A program made the position numbers and the translations under genes. From an uncultured bacterium (lineage in GTDB: Bacteria; Desulfobacterota_D; UBA1144; Nemesobacterales; UBA2774): a stretch of DNA of 64,000 bases. Location of the stretch: the NCBI GenBank assembly GCA_963705505.1, contig CAVPJU010000010.1:512001-576000 (forward strand). Direction: 5' to 3'. The notes beneath the pieces are model-generated. The model ran no database searches and was not told the origin of the DNA. It worked only from the letters and a program-made list of their open reading frames with translations. Shown piece by piece: positions 38,766 to 49,371 of the stretch (position 1 is the first letter of the stretch; every line of letters starts with the position of its first letter).

Positions 38766-40694
38766 TCAGAACGTGAGCCTGACGCCCGCCCGCGGCGTTA
38801 TACCGGGCGCGGGAAAGCCGACGAACTGCTGATACTCTTCATTGAACAGGTTATCCACGGCCAGATACATCTTTATCCCGTCATCGGGCTTCCATGACAC
38901 CGCGATATTGAAGACGTCATAAGGGTCGAGCGTTACGTCCCCAGTCGGTATGGACGAGTCGGGCACGCTCCCGACGAAAACCGCGTCTAAATTAACCTCC
39001 ACACTCTCATAAGGGCGGAAGATGACCGAGAACCCGCCCCACCACGTCGGACGGTTCCTGAGTTCCTCATCTGTGCCTATTATATTACTATCCGCGTAAT
39101 TCAAGCTCCCGGAGAGTTTGAGCACGTCCCAGGGACTGAGGTCTCCTATCAATTCGAACCCCTTTACGGTCACCTCGGAGCGGTTGACGAGGATTGGCGG
39201 CGGCCCCTCCTCGAAGTCGATCAGGTTCTTAAACTTATTGTAGTAGACATTTAGCTGAGCCCCCGCCCTGCCGCCCCAGACCCTCTGACTTATACCGAGG
39301 TCGAGGCTCCTGCTTTTCTCGGGCACGAGGTCGGGGTTGCCGACTATCGGATTTGCGAGAGAGAAGAATGAGGGGAGCTTGAAACCCTCGCCCCAGTTCG
39401 CCCTGAGCGTGGTACCGGTCGCGGTTATCTTATATGAAACCCCCGCCCTCGGGCTGAATGCGGAATTGAACCCTTGCGGAAAGTCCTCCCTTGCGCCGAG
39501 CACGACGTAGAGGTTCTCAACCATACTCCAATGCACTTCGGCGTAGGGGGAGAGGATATATCTGTTGAGATCGAAACTAGTAGGCGTTGGGAATTCGCCG
39601 AAGAGCATCCCCTGGCTCGTACCATCCTGAAACTCCGCCTCGAACCCCGCTATGACGTCGAGTCCTTCGTAAACGGAAAACGTGTTGACGAGGTTCGCAT
39701 CGTAATTTTTATAGTCGCTGTCCGATTCATTGGGAGGGATGCCGAAAGGGTCGCGCACGCCGGGGGCTATACCGGGGGACGTGAAGTCCTCTTTGTCATT
39801 GTAATACCCGAGCTTGATGCTGTACTCCCACCACTTGACGGGGCTGTGCGTGTAATTGAGCCCCAGGAGAAACTGGTCTATATTCCTCGCATCCGTATCG
39901 CGGAGCACGGCGAACTCCGGGCCGCCGCTGTCGTCAGGGAAGCTCGTGCTGTCTATGTGGGAGTACCTTATCGTGGATGTGAGCTCCATATCCTCCCTTT
40001 TGAGAAGCCCAAGGCTCGAGGTAAAGGTCGGGCTTTTGAACGTGCTCCCCTTAACCTGCGTGCCGTCGTCGAGATAGGAGCCTGTTATGGAATAATCGTA
40101 GAAAGAGCCCGCTCCCGAGAGCTCGGCGAGGGCCTGGAACTGATCATAGCGCCCGACCGAGCCTTCGGGACTGAACTTCGGCTTCCCCTTCCCTTTCTTC
40201 GTTATGATGTTGATTACCCCGCTGAGCGCGTCGGAGCCGTACAGGGAGGACATAGGGTCTCGCACGATCTCTATCCTCTCTATGTTGTCAGTACTCAGCG
40301 CGGAAAAATCAAACGAGCCCCCGCGGCTGTTATTGGGATCGTTCACCTTTACCCCGTCTATGAGCACGAGTGTGAAATTCGGGTCTCCGCCCCTGATATA
40401 AACCGAGGTTACGCCGCCCCTCGATGCGGGCTGATCGACGTAGAGGCCCGGTACTTCTTCCAGGAGCTCGCCGACACTCTCCGCATGGCTCGCCTCAATT
40501 TCATCCTGCGTAATGACGGTGACGCTCGCAGTGCTCTTGCTGAGCGCGGTCGGGTAGGCCGTGCCCGTAACTACTACGGGCTCGAGCGTTTCGGGTGCGG
40601 GCCCTTGGGGTATCTCATCCTGCCCGTATGAAGCAGCCGCACGTAGAGCAAAAAATCCGGAGATTATGATAGAGAATATGCGGTTATTTCTCAT
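38766..40694 (-). CDS. TonB-dependent receptor (BtuB-like size and plug)
   Basis: EPVVVTG TonB box, LVLIDGVKVN, IERIEIVR..SSLYGSDALSGVINIITK, NLFNEEY, terminal Phe. Confidence 0.92.
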   Translation of the reverse strand: MRNNRIFSIIISGFFALRAAASYGQDEIPQGPAPETLEPVVVTGTAYPTALSKSTASVTVITQDEIEASHAESVGELLEEVPGLYVDQPASRGGVTSVYIRGGDPNFTLVLIDGVKVNDPNNSRGGSFDFSALSTDNIERIEIVRDPMSSLYGSDALSGVINIITKKGKGKPKFSPEGSVGRYDQFQALAELSGAGSFYDYSITGSYLDDGTQVKGSTFKSPTFTSSLGLLKREDMELTSTIRYSHIDSTSFPDDSGGPEFAVLRDTDARNIDQFLLGLNYTHSPVKWWEYSIKLGYYNDKEDFTSPGIAPGVRDPFGIPPNESDSDYKNYDANLVNTFSVYEGLDVIAGFEAEFQDGTSQGMLFGEFPTPTSFDLNRYILSPYAEVHWSMVENLYVVLGAREDFPQGFNSAFSPRAGVSYKITATGTTLRANWGEGFKLPSFFSLANPIVGNPDLVPEKSRSLDLGISQRVWGGRAGAQLNVYYNKFKNLIDFEEGPPPILVNRSEVTVKGFELIGDLSPWDVLKLSGSLNYADSNIIGTDEELRNRPTWWGGFSVIFRPYESVEVNLDAVFVGSVPDSSIPTGDVTLDPYDVFNIAVSWKPDDGIKMYLAVDNLFNEEYQQFVGFPAPGITPRAGVRLTF

Positions 40695-40810
40695 TTAATC
40701 GTCGCAGGCGCCGCTCCCCAGTAATCAGGGGGCGTCCTTTCCCCCGCATGATATTCAGTAATCGGTAAGAGTAAAGGAAAGTGCACACGGTTTACGGGCT
40801 TACGTATACT

Positions 40811-42619
40811 TTAACCGCGGCCCTCCTTCTTCCTGCGGGTGTATGTGTACATACCCACGATCGAGAACGAGAAGACGGAGCCGAGTATAAAGGAATAAGC
40901 CAGATACCTGTATTTTAGTTTTGGAATCAGCGTGCCGAGAATATCCCACTCCATTTTCTGATAATCAACTTTCTTGTCAACGAGATAATTGGTTATCAAT
41001 TCGGCCTCGTTCTCTTTAATGCCGAGATTGGGCATCTGAGCATTGGGGTTGTCGAACCTGGGTTCCATTATGTGGTACCTCATCCAGGTCTTTATCTGGT
41101 CCGTGCCCCGTTTGCTGAGCACTTCCTGTCTGGCGCTCCGGTAGTTCTTATAAGGCTCGACGTCGAGCTCGTCAAGTTTTTTTACGCTGTCGATATACTT
41201 CCGGGATGAAAGTCTCTCGCTTACTCTTGAAACGAGCTGCTCCCTGTCCAGTCTCGGACCCACTGTGCTCCACCCGTTTTCGTCACGCATATGGCACCCG
41301 TAGCATCCGTGCTGTTCGAGCAGCACCTGTGCGCTCGTCTCATTCTTGAGCGTATAGGGGTGTTTACTTTCAGGGTTGTATGTAACTTTCAATACCACGC
41401 TCCTGCCGTCGGCAAAGGGCAGTATGGGGACGAAGTAAAGCCCGTCGGGACCGATCGCGAGCCCCACGAGGGTCTGAAACTTCGTACCCCTGTATCTGAG
41501 AAAAGTGTCGGGAGGGGCGAGCAGCCTGTTTTTCCCGAAACTGTAATCGAACATAACGACGCTCCTCCCCCCGCTCTCGAGCGGATCTACGTCGGGGTCG
41601 CCGCAGAGGTCGAGGTAGAACCTGCCCCTGTATTCCTCGGGAAATATGTCCAGGTCCTTGGGGAAATAAGTAAGCTGAGTCACACCCGCAGCCGGCACGA
41701 AGACAACGTTCGCGTTAGTCGCGATGCTCATGTCGGTCCCGTCCCAGAGGTAGTTCACCCCTTCATGGACCTCGATGAACCTGTCCACGGAAAGGCCGTT
41801 GTCCGCGACGAACACGCGCCCGTCGACTATCTTCAGCCCGAAAGGGTTCCTTAATCCGAGCGCCCATACGAAATTCCTAGACTTCGTTATGTCGTCGTCG
41901 ACATAGAAAGGGTTGGTTTTAACGGGCTTCCCGTCGAGTGTCATACGGAGAATCTTCCCGAAGAGAAAATTTATATCCTGGCTTCTGACATAGTTGTGTA
42001 CGTTCGAAAACCTCAGGTCGAACCCGTCGCCCACGCTCACGTAGAGCATGTTGTCGTAAACCTGACAGGAGCCTATCTGATGGGAGGGGCTTGAGCCCTG
42101 CCTCTTGAATATATCGGTGAAAGCCGTCATGGAGTTGGGTTTGAGGGAGAATGTCCCGGGGGCTGTATCGAACCTCGCAATATTGTTATGCAATATCTTA
42201 TTTTCGTCCTGATACGCGAACGTAACGAAGACATAGCCGTTTGCAGGGTCGAGGCAGATGCCCGCAAGCCCGTTCTCGCCCGAGAAGGCAGGCAGCTCCT
42301 CGGAAGGTTTTAATTTAAAGAAGTCCTCGGCGAACGTATAGACCGTCCTGTCGTTGGTGACGACCTTAACCTTGCCCCGGAGCTCGGTTACGAAGTATAG
42401 AGGGTCCTTAGGTCCCTTCCCGGGATTCGGGACGAAAGCTATCGCCGCAGGGAACTGATAACCCTCCGTGTCTATGCTGATATCGAAGTTCTCTTTCAGC
42501 GACCAATCACTCTTCCAGTCATACTTTTCGTCGGCATGCGAGGAAAGTGAACAAAAAAAGAAAATAAATAAGGCGGGTATGAAAACCTTAACCTTGGGAA
42601 ATACAGAGCTCCGAGCCAT
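40811..42619 (-). CDS. PQQ-dependent sugar dehydrogenase (GSDH beta-propeller) fused to a monoheme cytochrome c with C-terminal anchor
   Basis: GKILRMTLDG, GLRNPFG; C-terminal CYGCH...GPRL...QMPNL; final TM helix plus RRKK. Confidence 0.8.
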   Translation of the reverse strand: MARSSVFPKVKVFIPALFIFFFCSLSSHADEKYDWKSDWSLKENFDISIDTEGYQFPAAIAFVPNPGKGPKDPLYFVTELRGKVKVVTNDRTVYTFAEDFFKLKPSEELPAFSGENGLAGICLDPANGYVFVTFAYQDENKILHNNIARFDTAPGTFSLKPNSMTAFTDIFKRQGSSPSHQIGSCQVYDNMLYVSVGDGFDLRFSNVHNYVRSQDINFLFGKILRMTLDGKPVKTNPFYVDDDITKSRNFVWALGLRNPFGLKIVDGRVFVADNGLSVDRFIEVHEGVNYLWDGTDMSIATNANVVFVPAAGVTQLTYFPKDLDIFPEEYRGRFYLDLCGDPDVDPLESGGRSVVMFDYSFGKNRLLAPPDTFLRYRGTKFQTLVGLAIGPDGLYFVPILPFADGRSVVLKVTYNPESKHPYTLKNETSAQVLLEQHGCYGCHMRDENGWSTVGPRLDREQLVSRVSERLSSRKYIDSVKKLDELDVEPYKNYRSARQEVLSKRGTDQIKTWMRYHIMEPRFDNPNAQMPNLGIKENEAELITNYLVDKKVDYQKMEWDILGTLIPKLKYRYLAYSFILGSVFSFSIVGMYTYTRRKKEGRG

Positions 42620-42818
42620 AATTTTTATATTCCGATATCCGATCGTGATAATACGCGGTACGTGACCAAAACGGGAACCCTGTATCCGAAATAGTGCGAA
42701 TAACAGACTCCCACTCCCTTATTTAATATTAACCACTCGTTATATAGATGTAAATCTCAATAAGCCGGGTGTTATCGGACTAATGCCGGCCTCCATGTAA
42801 TCAGGACTCTCTTTTTCA

Positions 42819-42845
42819 GTCATCATGAATTGATTTCGGGACCTC
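42819..42845 (+). repeat. REP-like palindromic element (copy 2, degenerate)
   Basis: GTCATCATGAATTGATTTCGGGACCTC resembles the reverse complement of 33626-33652; both are followed by T-rich tails. Confidence 0.5.
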
Positions 42846-43025
42846 GTTTTTTCTTTTGATTCTCTTAATTATAGCCGAAGATTTTTCCGGAATCGCTCTG
42901 AGCAGAGCCGAATGATCGAATATTATTCGTCCCATCGTTATTTATCGGGCATCACCCGCTCTCTGGTCTTGATACCTCCTAACTTGTTAAGCGAAACCGG
43001 GTTATAATTTGACGGGACACAAAAA

Positions 43026-43370
43026 ATGGGTGAAAAAAGAAAATACAGGAGGCTTCCTTACAGGAAGAGGATAAGGCTCGGAAAAGACGACCCTACTTTC
43101 ATGGGCTACGCTTCCAACATCTCCGAGCGGGGTCTCGAGATCGAAGCGCGGAATATCTATCCCACGGGCACCAGGATCGTAATAAGCTTCCAGGACGAAA
43201 ACGACTCGGGGAAGGACGGTGAGGAGATAAGGATACAGGGGATAGTCAAGTGGTCTACCCGCCTCGTTGGAAGCCTTTCCGGAAACATGGGCATAGAGAT
43301 CACCGAGGATTCCGGGGACGTCGTAAAGAGGATTTACAGGGAAAGGATTAATAAGCTCACAAAAGAGTGA
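43026..43370 (+). CDS. PilZ-domain protein
   Basis: EKRKYRR (RxxxR) and NISERG (D/NxSxxG) c-di-GMP motifs. Confidence 0.85.
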   Translation: MGEKRKYRRLPYRKRIRLGKDDPTFMGYASNISERGLEIEARNIYPTGTRIVISFQDENDSGKDGEEIRIQGIVKWSTRLVGSLSGNMGIEITEDSGDVVKRIYRERINKLTKE

Positions 43371-43520
43371 GGCGCAGAATTGCGGAGCTTCCGCTCACCA
43401 ATGAAGCCAGGCCCGCTCATCCTGAGCCTGCCCAAAGGGGTGCTCAACGTATACCCATATACGGTCTCTGCGAAACTCCTCCACTCCATCCAACGACCGA
43501 CGCCAGACCCCGCCCCGTTC

Positions 43521-43994
43521 TCAAAACCTGGGGGCGTAGGCGAGGTTCTGCAGCCAGAAATCTATCACGTACTCTATCCTCGGCAATAGGAGCGGGCGGT
43601 ACTTGTCGAGGTCGGGAAGATGCACCCACCGACACTCGATAATCCCCTCCCTGAACTGCGGAGCGACGTCCGAATCCTCACCGTGATAATGGACGAGGTA
43701 CCAGTGCGTCTTTTTCAGATATTTCGTCTTCTCGTGTCTCGTGGTATGCCATGTGGACACGAGCTTCCCCTGTATGGTGAGCTTCTCCTTGTCGAGCCCG
43801 GTCTCCTCGCTTACCTCCCTGAGCGCGGTCTCGAGTGGGTCGGATCCCATCTCGAAGCGGCCCTTGGGCAGGTCCCACTTACCGCGCTTGAAAATGAGAA
43901 GGATGTGGTAATTATCGTTATAAACAAGCCCGCCGGCAGACCTTACGCGGGGCAGGTTCAAGGTGTTTGCTAATGTATAATCTTCGTCATTCAT
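43521..43994 (-). CDS. NUDIX hydrolase
   Basis: LPKGRFEMGSDPLETALREVSEETGL Nudix box. Confidence 0.9.
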   Translation of the reverse strand: MNDEDYTLANTLNLPRVRSAGGLVYNDNYHILLIFKRGKWDLPKGRFEMGSDPLETALREVSEETGLDKEKLTIQGKLVSTWHTTRHEKTKYLKKTHWYLVHYHGEDSDVAPQFREGIIECRWVHLPDLDKYRPLLLPRIEYVIDFWLQNLAYAPRF

Positions 43995-44874
43995 TTCCCG
44001 GTCCTGTCAGTACATCCTGGGCGTGGAGCTCCTGCTCGTCAGCCATTTCCTTGAGTACTGAATATTGTAATTTATTGAGTCCGCTGAAAGCAACTCCGTT
44101 TATTTCTATGGTGTGTGTCTCCGTGACGTCCTCGCCCGTGAGCGGAACGAATTTCGTGTTCCCGTATTGCCTCACGACATATAGCATGCAGGTGAGTCTC
44201 GAGGTTTTCCTCGAATTCGAGTTTATGAGTATCCATGGGGATTTCTCGGACGCCGTGTGCGCGAACATCTGTTCCTTATACTTCGTAAATGTCTCCCATT
44301 TCTTCCGCGCATTGTAATCGTTCTCGGAAAATTTCCAGAACTTGAGCGGGTCGGTCAGGCGCTCCTGGAAGCGGTAGAGCTGGTGCTCGGGATCGACCGA
44401 CAGGTAAAACTTAATGAGCTTGAGCCCGCCGTCTATCAATTCGTGCTCCCAGTCAAGGACCTTGTCCATAAAGTACTCGTACTGCTTCTGAGTGCAGTAG
44501 CCCATAGTCGGCTCTATCAGCGCGCGGTTATACCATGACCGGTCGAAGAACACGATTTCCCCCGGCTTGGGCAAGTGCTGCTCGTATCTGTGAAACCAGT
44601 ATTTCGACTCCTTCGGAGTCGGGACGCCCAGGTCGACGATATGGTAGTACTTGGGCATCAGGTTCTGTGTAAAGCGGAGAATCGTCGAACCCTTCCCCGC
44701 GGCGTCGCGGCCGTCAAAGCAGATACACCACCTCTCGCCCGCCTTCGCTATACTTTGCTGGATCAGGAGCAGCTCGAGCTGCAAGCGCCTCTTCTCTATA
44801 TAATAATCCTTGAGGTTTATACCCTCATAAGGGGATTCGATTTTTTCTACACTGTCGCCTTTAAGCCTTTTCAT
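43987..44874 (-). CDS. ppk2: Polyphosphate kinase 2
   Basis: DGRDAAGKGS Walker A, FDRSWYNRA, EPTMGYC, DPLKFWKFS. Confidence 0.93.
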   Translation of the reverse strand: MKRLKGDSVEKIESPYEGINLKDYYIEKRRLQLELLLIQQSIAKAGERWCICFDGRDAAGKGSTILRFTQNLMPKYYHIVDLGVPTPKESKYWFHRYEQHLPKPGEIVFFDRSWYNRALIEPTMGYCTQKQYEYFMDKVLDWEHELIDGGLKLIKFYLSVDPEHQLYRFQERLTDPLKFWKFSENDYNARKKWETFTKYKEQMFAHTASEKSPWILINSNSRKTSRLTCMLYVVRQYGNTKFVPLTGEDVTETHTIEINGVAFSGLNKLQYSVLKEMADEQELHAQDVLTGPGNE

Positions 44875-45254
44875 TCAGTTTCTCCTACGGAACTTGCCGT
44901 GCGCCGATTAGCCCTGAGAGACACTGTTACGAACCCTGGCCGTGATGCTTTCTCAGATTAAATACACCTCACCCTTTATCAATTATATCCGGGCAATGAG
45001 TTTGAATTAAATCTGCATGCAAACACGGTTAAATTTCACTTCGGCAGGTCGGATTCGATGCATTCACTATTATATAAAAACGAGCGAACTATTTCAAATC
45101 CCTCCCTTAAGGCGTATCAGTTTTCATGCCGGCTCCAACGAAATTGAGTAAAGTCCCGATTATACATTGCCGATCATGCATATCGACACTATCATTAGAA
45201 TTATACAGATCAATGTTAAGGAATTGTTAAGACCGGTAAGTCAGGAGAGATATT

Positions 45255-45743
45255 ATGAAAATTAGAGTGAGAATAACCGTTACATACACACTTCTGCTCG
45301 TATTCGGCATCGGCATATCCGTAGCGATCGGGAATATAAAGGCCGACGCCGGGGAGCTTTCTGCCGGGAGCGATGAGATGACGGCGCAGATAGACCCCGA
45401 GCCCGAGCAGCTCGACCAGGTATCGGAGCCTGTTGAGGATCTGGCCGGGCAGCCGGAGGTCGAGCCGACTGAGCCGCTTGACGAGGACTCGGAGACTGAC
45501 GACCAGGCCTCCGAAGAGGTGGGGTCCGACATAGCTCCTACGGAGCCGCTCGACGAGGACTCAGAGACTGACGACCAGGCTTCTGAGGAAGTGGGATCGG
45601 ATTCCGAAACCGCCGAGCAGGCGACAGAGGTGCTGCCGCCCGGGCCCTCCGGAGAAGAATACCCGCTCGACAACCAGGCTCCAGTTCAGGAAGAAATTCC
45701 GCTTGGAGACAGGGAAGCCGAAGGGAAAGGGTTAGGGGAATAA
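45255..45743 (+). CDS. Exported highly acidic protein with a 24-aa tandem repeat
   Basis: AGGAG RBS, signal/anchor, PTEPLDEDSETDDQASEEVGSD twice (45465-45530, 45537-45602). Confidence 0.7.
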   Translation: MKIRVRITVTYTLLLVFGIGISVAIGNIKADAGELSAGSDEMTAQIDPEPEQLDQVSEPVEDLAGQPEVEPTEPLDEDSETDDQASEEVGSDIAPTEPLDEDSETDDQASEEVGSDSETAEQATEVLPPGPSGEEYPLDNQAPVQEEIPLGDREAEGKGLGE

Positions 45744-45913
45744 AGCAGAGTCTGCGCTCACACGCATAGTGTGATTCTACGATCCTAACCAACTCATTCG
45801 CTCCGTCCAGCAACCGACACAAACTCCATTAGTCCCGAGCTTACACGAAGTGCAGTCGAAGGGTTGAGATGCGGTTCGTCTTAGCCCTGTCTATAGCATA
45901 GTAAAGGTTTTGG

Positions 45914-47692
45914 TTACAACCTGCAGGCCCCGGGATCGCATTTGATGAAATACTCTTTTTCAAAAGCGCTCTCATCCGCCCCTATCTCCAGCACATGCTG
46001 CTTCCCCGAGCCGCATCGGAATACAGTAATCCCCTTGCACCCGAGACCGTAAGCCAGCATATAAGCCTCTTTCACGTCCTTGACCGTGGCGCTCTCCGGC
46101 ATGTTTACCGTTTTTGAGACGGAATTATCCACATGCTTCTGAAACGCAGCCTGTATTCTTATATGCTGCTCATACGGTATATCGAGAGCCGTAACGAATA
46201 TTCTCTTTACCTCGTCCGGAATCGCTTTTGCGCCGCTTATGTCACCAGATTCGAGAAGCTCCCGCAGGAAGCGGTCATGGAATCCCTCCGGGAAAAGATG
46301 CAATTTCCTGATGCGCTCAAGAAATACGGGGTTGATCTCGTAGAGCGTTTCGCCGCCCAGAACATTTCTTCTCCCGTATGCGAGTGCAAAAAGCGGCTCT
46401 ATGCCGGAAGTCGTCCCGGCTATGATGCTGATCGTGCCCGCGGGAGCGACGGACGTGAGGGTCCCGTTCCTTAACCTTTTGCCCTCCCGGGCATACGTGC
46501 TCCTCTCCCAATTCGGGAACACACCCCTCTCCTGCGCAAGCTCCGTCGACGCGCGCAGAGCCTCGCCATATATGAACGACATGAGCTCTCCGGCGAAATC
46601 CACCGCCTGAGCCGAATTATAAGAGATACCGAGCTTGATGAGCATCTCGGCGAAACCCATCACCCCCAGCCCTATCTTTCTGTTTCCCCCGGTGACCGAT
46701 CCGATTTGGGGCAGCGGGAACCTGTTCACATCTATGACATCGTCGAGGAAACGGACTCCGTCCCGGACAAGGCTCCCTAGTTTTTCCCAATCGACCGACG
46801 CCCCATTATTATCCACCATAGCGGATAAATTAACCGAGGCGAGGTTGCAGCTCTCGTAAGGGAGGAGAGGGAGCTCGCCGCACGGATTGGTTGACTCTAT
46901 CTCGCCGAGCGCTCTTAAGGGATGAGACCTGTTTATAGTGTCGAGAAACAGCACTCCGGGGTCTCCGGTAGTCCAGGCGCATTCGGCGATCTTCTCAAAA
47001 ACCTCCCGTGCGCGAAGCCGCCCCGCGACACCTCCCGACCTGGGATCGACGAGCCCGAACATACCGTCTCCTTCAAGAGCCCCCATGAAGGCGTCCGTGA
47101 TGCCTACAGACAGGTTGAAATTCCTCAATTCCCCTTCCCCCAGCTTCGCCGTAATAAAATCGAGTATATCCGGGTGGTCGACCCTGAGAACCCCCATGTT
47201 GGCGCCCCTTCTCCTCCCGCCCTGTTTGATATTCTCGGTTGCACTGTCGAATATCTTCATGAAGGACACGGGACCGGAAGACCTCCCTCCGGTGCTCGAA
47301 ACGATCGAGCCTTTAGGACGAAGCCTCGAGAAGGAAAAGCCCGTGCCCCCTCCGGTCCTCTGTATCAGAGCCATATTCTTGACCGCATCAAAAATATCCT
47401 CGATCGTGTCGTCCACCGGGAGGACAAAACATGCGCTAAGCTGCCCGAGAGCAGTCCCCGCGTTCATGAGAGTGGGCGAGTTTGGAAGAAACTCAAGCGA
47501 GCGCATCATCTCATAGAACCGCTCCTCCCACATACGAGCGGATGCCCCGTCTCCGTGGAGGCGCTCGGCCTCGGAAACCCCTTTCGCGACCCTCCTGAAG
47601 AGCTCCCCGGGAGTTTCGATTACCGCCCCCTTGTCGTCCCTCCTGAGATACCTCGCCTCAAGCACCTTCTTAGCGTTTTCGGATAAATTCAA
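45914..47692 (-). CDS. nrdJ: Class II (adenosylcobalamin-dependent) ribonucleotide reductase
   Basis: FLPNSPTLMNAG, QLSACFV, RRGANM, TNPCGE, SCNL, APAGTIS, C-terminal CDPGAC; TTG start. Confidence 0.93.
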   Translation of the reverse strand: MNLSENAKKVLEARYLRRDDKGAVIETPGELFRRVAKGVSEAERLHGDGASARMWEERFYEMMRSLEFLPNSPTLMNAGTALGQLSACFVLPVDDTIEDIFDAVKNMALIQRTGGGTGFSFSRLRPKGSIVSSTGGRSSGPVSFMKIFDSATENIKQGGRRRGANMGVLRVDHPDILDFITAKLGEGELRNFNLSVGITDAFMGALEGDGMFGLVDPRSGGVAGRLRAREVFEKIAECAWTTGDPGVLFLDTINRSHPLRALGEIESTNPCGELPLLPYESCNLASVNLSAMVDNNGASVDWEKLGSLVRDGVRFLDDVIDVNRFPLPQIGSVTGGNRKIGLGVMGFAEMLIKLGISYNSAQAVDFAGELMSFIYGEALRASTELAQERGVFPNWERSTYAREGKRLRNGTLTSVAPAGTISIIAGTTSGIEPLFALAYGRRNVLGGETLYEINPVFLERIRKLHLFPEGFHDRFLRELLESGDISGAKAIPDEVKRIFVTALDIPYEQHIRIQAAFQKHVDNSVSKTVNMPESATVKDVKEAYMLAYGLGCKGITVFRCGSGKQHVLEIGADESAFEKEYFIKCDPGACRL

Positions 47693-47863
47693 TGGGTTCT
47701 CCTGTCTCAGTAAGTATAGGTTGGAAAAAACAGGAGTAACAGGGAATCGATATAAACGTGCTTATGTACTTTTAGGATATTTGAAAAAGTCTCCGGCGAA
47801 AATGGAATTCGTTTCGGTCCGAACGTGCGGATTCAGCTGCCGAACAGCCTTTCCCGATAGCCC

Positions 47864-49309
47864 TCACCCCTTCACGACCCCTATAGGTCTCAGGCGCGCG
47901 ACTTTCTTAGCGATGCCCGCGTTGTGGACGACGTCGACAACGTCTTCAATTTGCTTGTAGGCTTCGGGCATCTCCTCGAAGACCGTTTTCCTGCCCCTCG
48001 CCATGACTATGATCCCCTTCTCCCCGAGCTCCCCGATTATATCCCTCCCCCTGCCGAGCTTAAGCGCCTTTGTCCGTGACATGACCCGCCCGGCCCCGTG
48101 ACAGCTCGACCCGAACGTCTCGTCGAGAGCTGCCTCCGTCCCTACGAGCACGAACGAAGCCCTGCCCATGTCTCCGGGTATGAGCACGGGATGACCGACG
48201 TTTTTATATATCTCGGGGATGAGAGGATGTCCCTTGGGAAAAGCCCTTGTGGCGCCCTTCCTGTGGACGCATACCTTTTTCCTCTCTCCGTTCACTTTGT
48301 GTGTTTCGAACTTGGCGATGTTGTGGCTCACGTCGTAAACGAGGCTCCCGCCGAGCTCGTTAGGCCCAATCCGGAGTATGGAGTAAAAAGAGTCCCTGAC
48401 GAAGGACATGATGACCTGCCTGTTCACCCAGGCATAATTCACAGCTGCCGCGAAAGCAGAGAGGTATCTCCTCCCCTCTTCGGAATTAATATGAGCGCAG
48501 GCGAGCTGTCTGTCCGGGAGCTCGAGGTTCTTCTTCCTCATGTAGGAAAGCATGACGTCTATGTAATCGGTACAGATCTGATGGCCGAAACCCCTCGACC
48601 CGCAGTGAATGAGGACGCACACCTGACCTTTGAAAAGGCCGAAGGAGTCGGCGACAGACGGGTTAAAAACCTCGTCCACTACGTCGATCTCGAGAAAGTG
48701 GTTTCCGGAGCCGAGCGTGCCGATCTCATCCTTTCCCCTCTCGTAAGCCCTCTCACTCACGGCATCCGGGTCACCGCCGGGGAAGGTGCCGTAGTCCTCC
48801 ACCCTTTCAGCGTCCTCTTTCTCGCCGTACCCTCTCTCAATAGCCCATTTGATACCCTTTGATATCATCTGTTTGTAGTCTTCCTGAGAGAGCTTTATCT
48901 TCCCCCCCTCGCCGAGACCGCAGGGGACGCGGCGGAATATCTCGGTGACGAGGTCCCTCAGCACAGGCTTCACTTCTTCTTCAGTGAGGTTCGTCCTCAT
49001 GAGCCTCACGCCGCAGTTTATGTCGTAACCCACCCCGCCCGGCGATATGACCCCGTCCTCGGCATCGAACGCAGCGACACCCCCTATGGGGAATCCGTAT
49101 CCCCAGTGTATGTCGGGCATGGCGATCGAATATTTTTGTATTCCCGGAAGATAGGCGACGTTCATCACCTGCTCGAGGGCCTTTTCCTCTCTTATGGCTT
49201 CGAGCATCTTCTCTGTCGTATAGACCCTTCCGGGGACGAGCATCCCTCCCGTCCGGGGAATTTCCCAGAGATAGTCGTGTATTTTCCTAACTTCTATCCT
49301 GTCATTCAC
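47864..49309 (-). CDS. rtcB: RNA-splicing/repair ligase RtcB
   Basis: MPDIHWGYGFPIGG, GYDINCG, GSGNHF, HRKGAT, HGAGR, EEMPEAYK. Confidence 0.95.
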   Translation of the reverse strand: MNDRIEVRKIHDYLWEIPRTGGMLVPGRVYTTEKMLEAIREEKALEQVMNVAYLPGIQKYSIAMPDIHWGYGFPIGGVAAFDAEDGVISPGGVGYDINCGVRLMRTNLTEEEVKPVLRDLVTEIFRRVPCGLGEGGKIKLSQEDYKQMISKGIKWAIERGYGEKEDAERVEDYGTFPGGDPDAVSERAYERGKDEIGTLGSGNHFLEIDVVDEVFNPSVADSFGLFKGQVCVLIHCGSRGFGHQICTDYIDVMLSYMRKKNLELPDRQLACAHINSEEGRRYLSAFAAAVNYAWVNRQVIMSFVRDSFYSILRIGPNELGGSLVYDVSHNIAKFETHKVNGERKKVCVHRKGATRAFPKGHPLIPEIYKNVGHPVLIPGDMGRASFVLVGTEAALDETFGSSCHGAGRVMSRTKALKLGRGRDIIGELGEKGIIVMARGRKTVFEEMPEAYKQIEDVVDVVHNAGIAKKVARLRPIGVVKG

Positions 49310-49371
49310 TAGACGCTTCCCTATAAGATAATTTATTACAAATCAGCAGCTTATCACAGGCAAGATAACCG

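Noticed and set aside
39474..40631. 385-aa plus-strand ORF and similar long antisense ORFs (e.g. 9280-9972, 46922-47686, 48098-48862)
   Set aside because: They lie opposite well-supported genes and lack motifs; shadows of GC-rich codon usage
40695..40810. Cobalamin riboswitch ahead of the TonB receptor (also checked 47693-47863 before nrdJ)
   Set aside because: Intergenic regions are short and I could not find a B12-box or the conserved core
45760..45822. LLDGANELVRIV, resembling a four-helix-bundle protein C-terminus
   Set aside because: Too short to distinguish from chance
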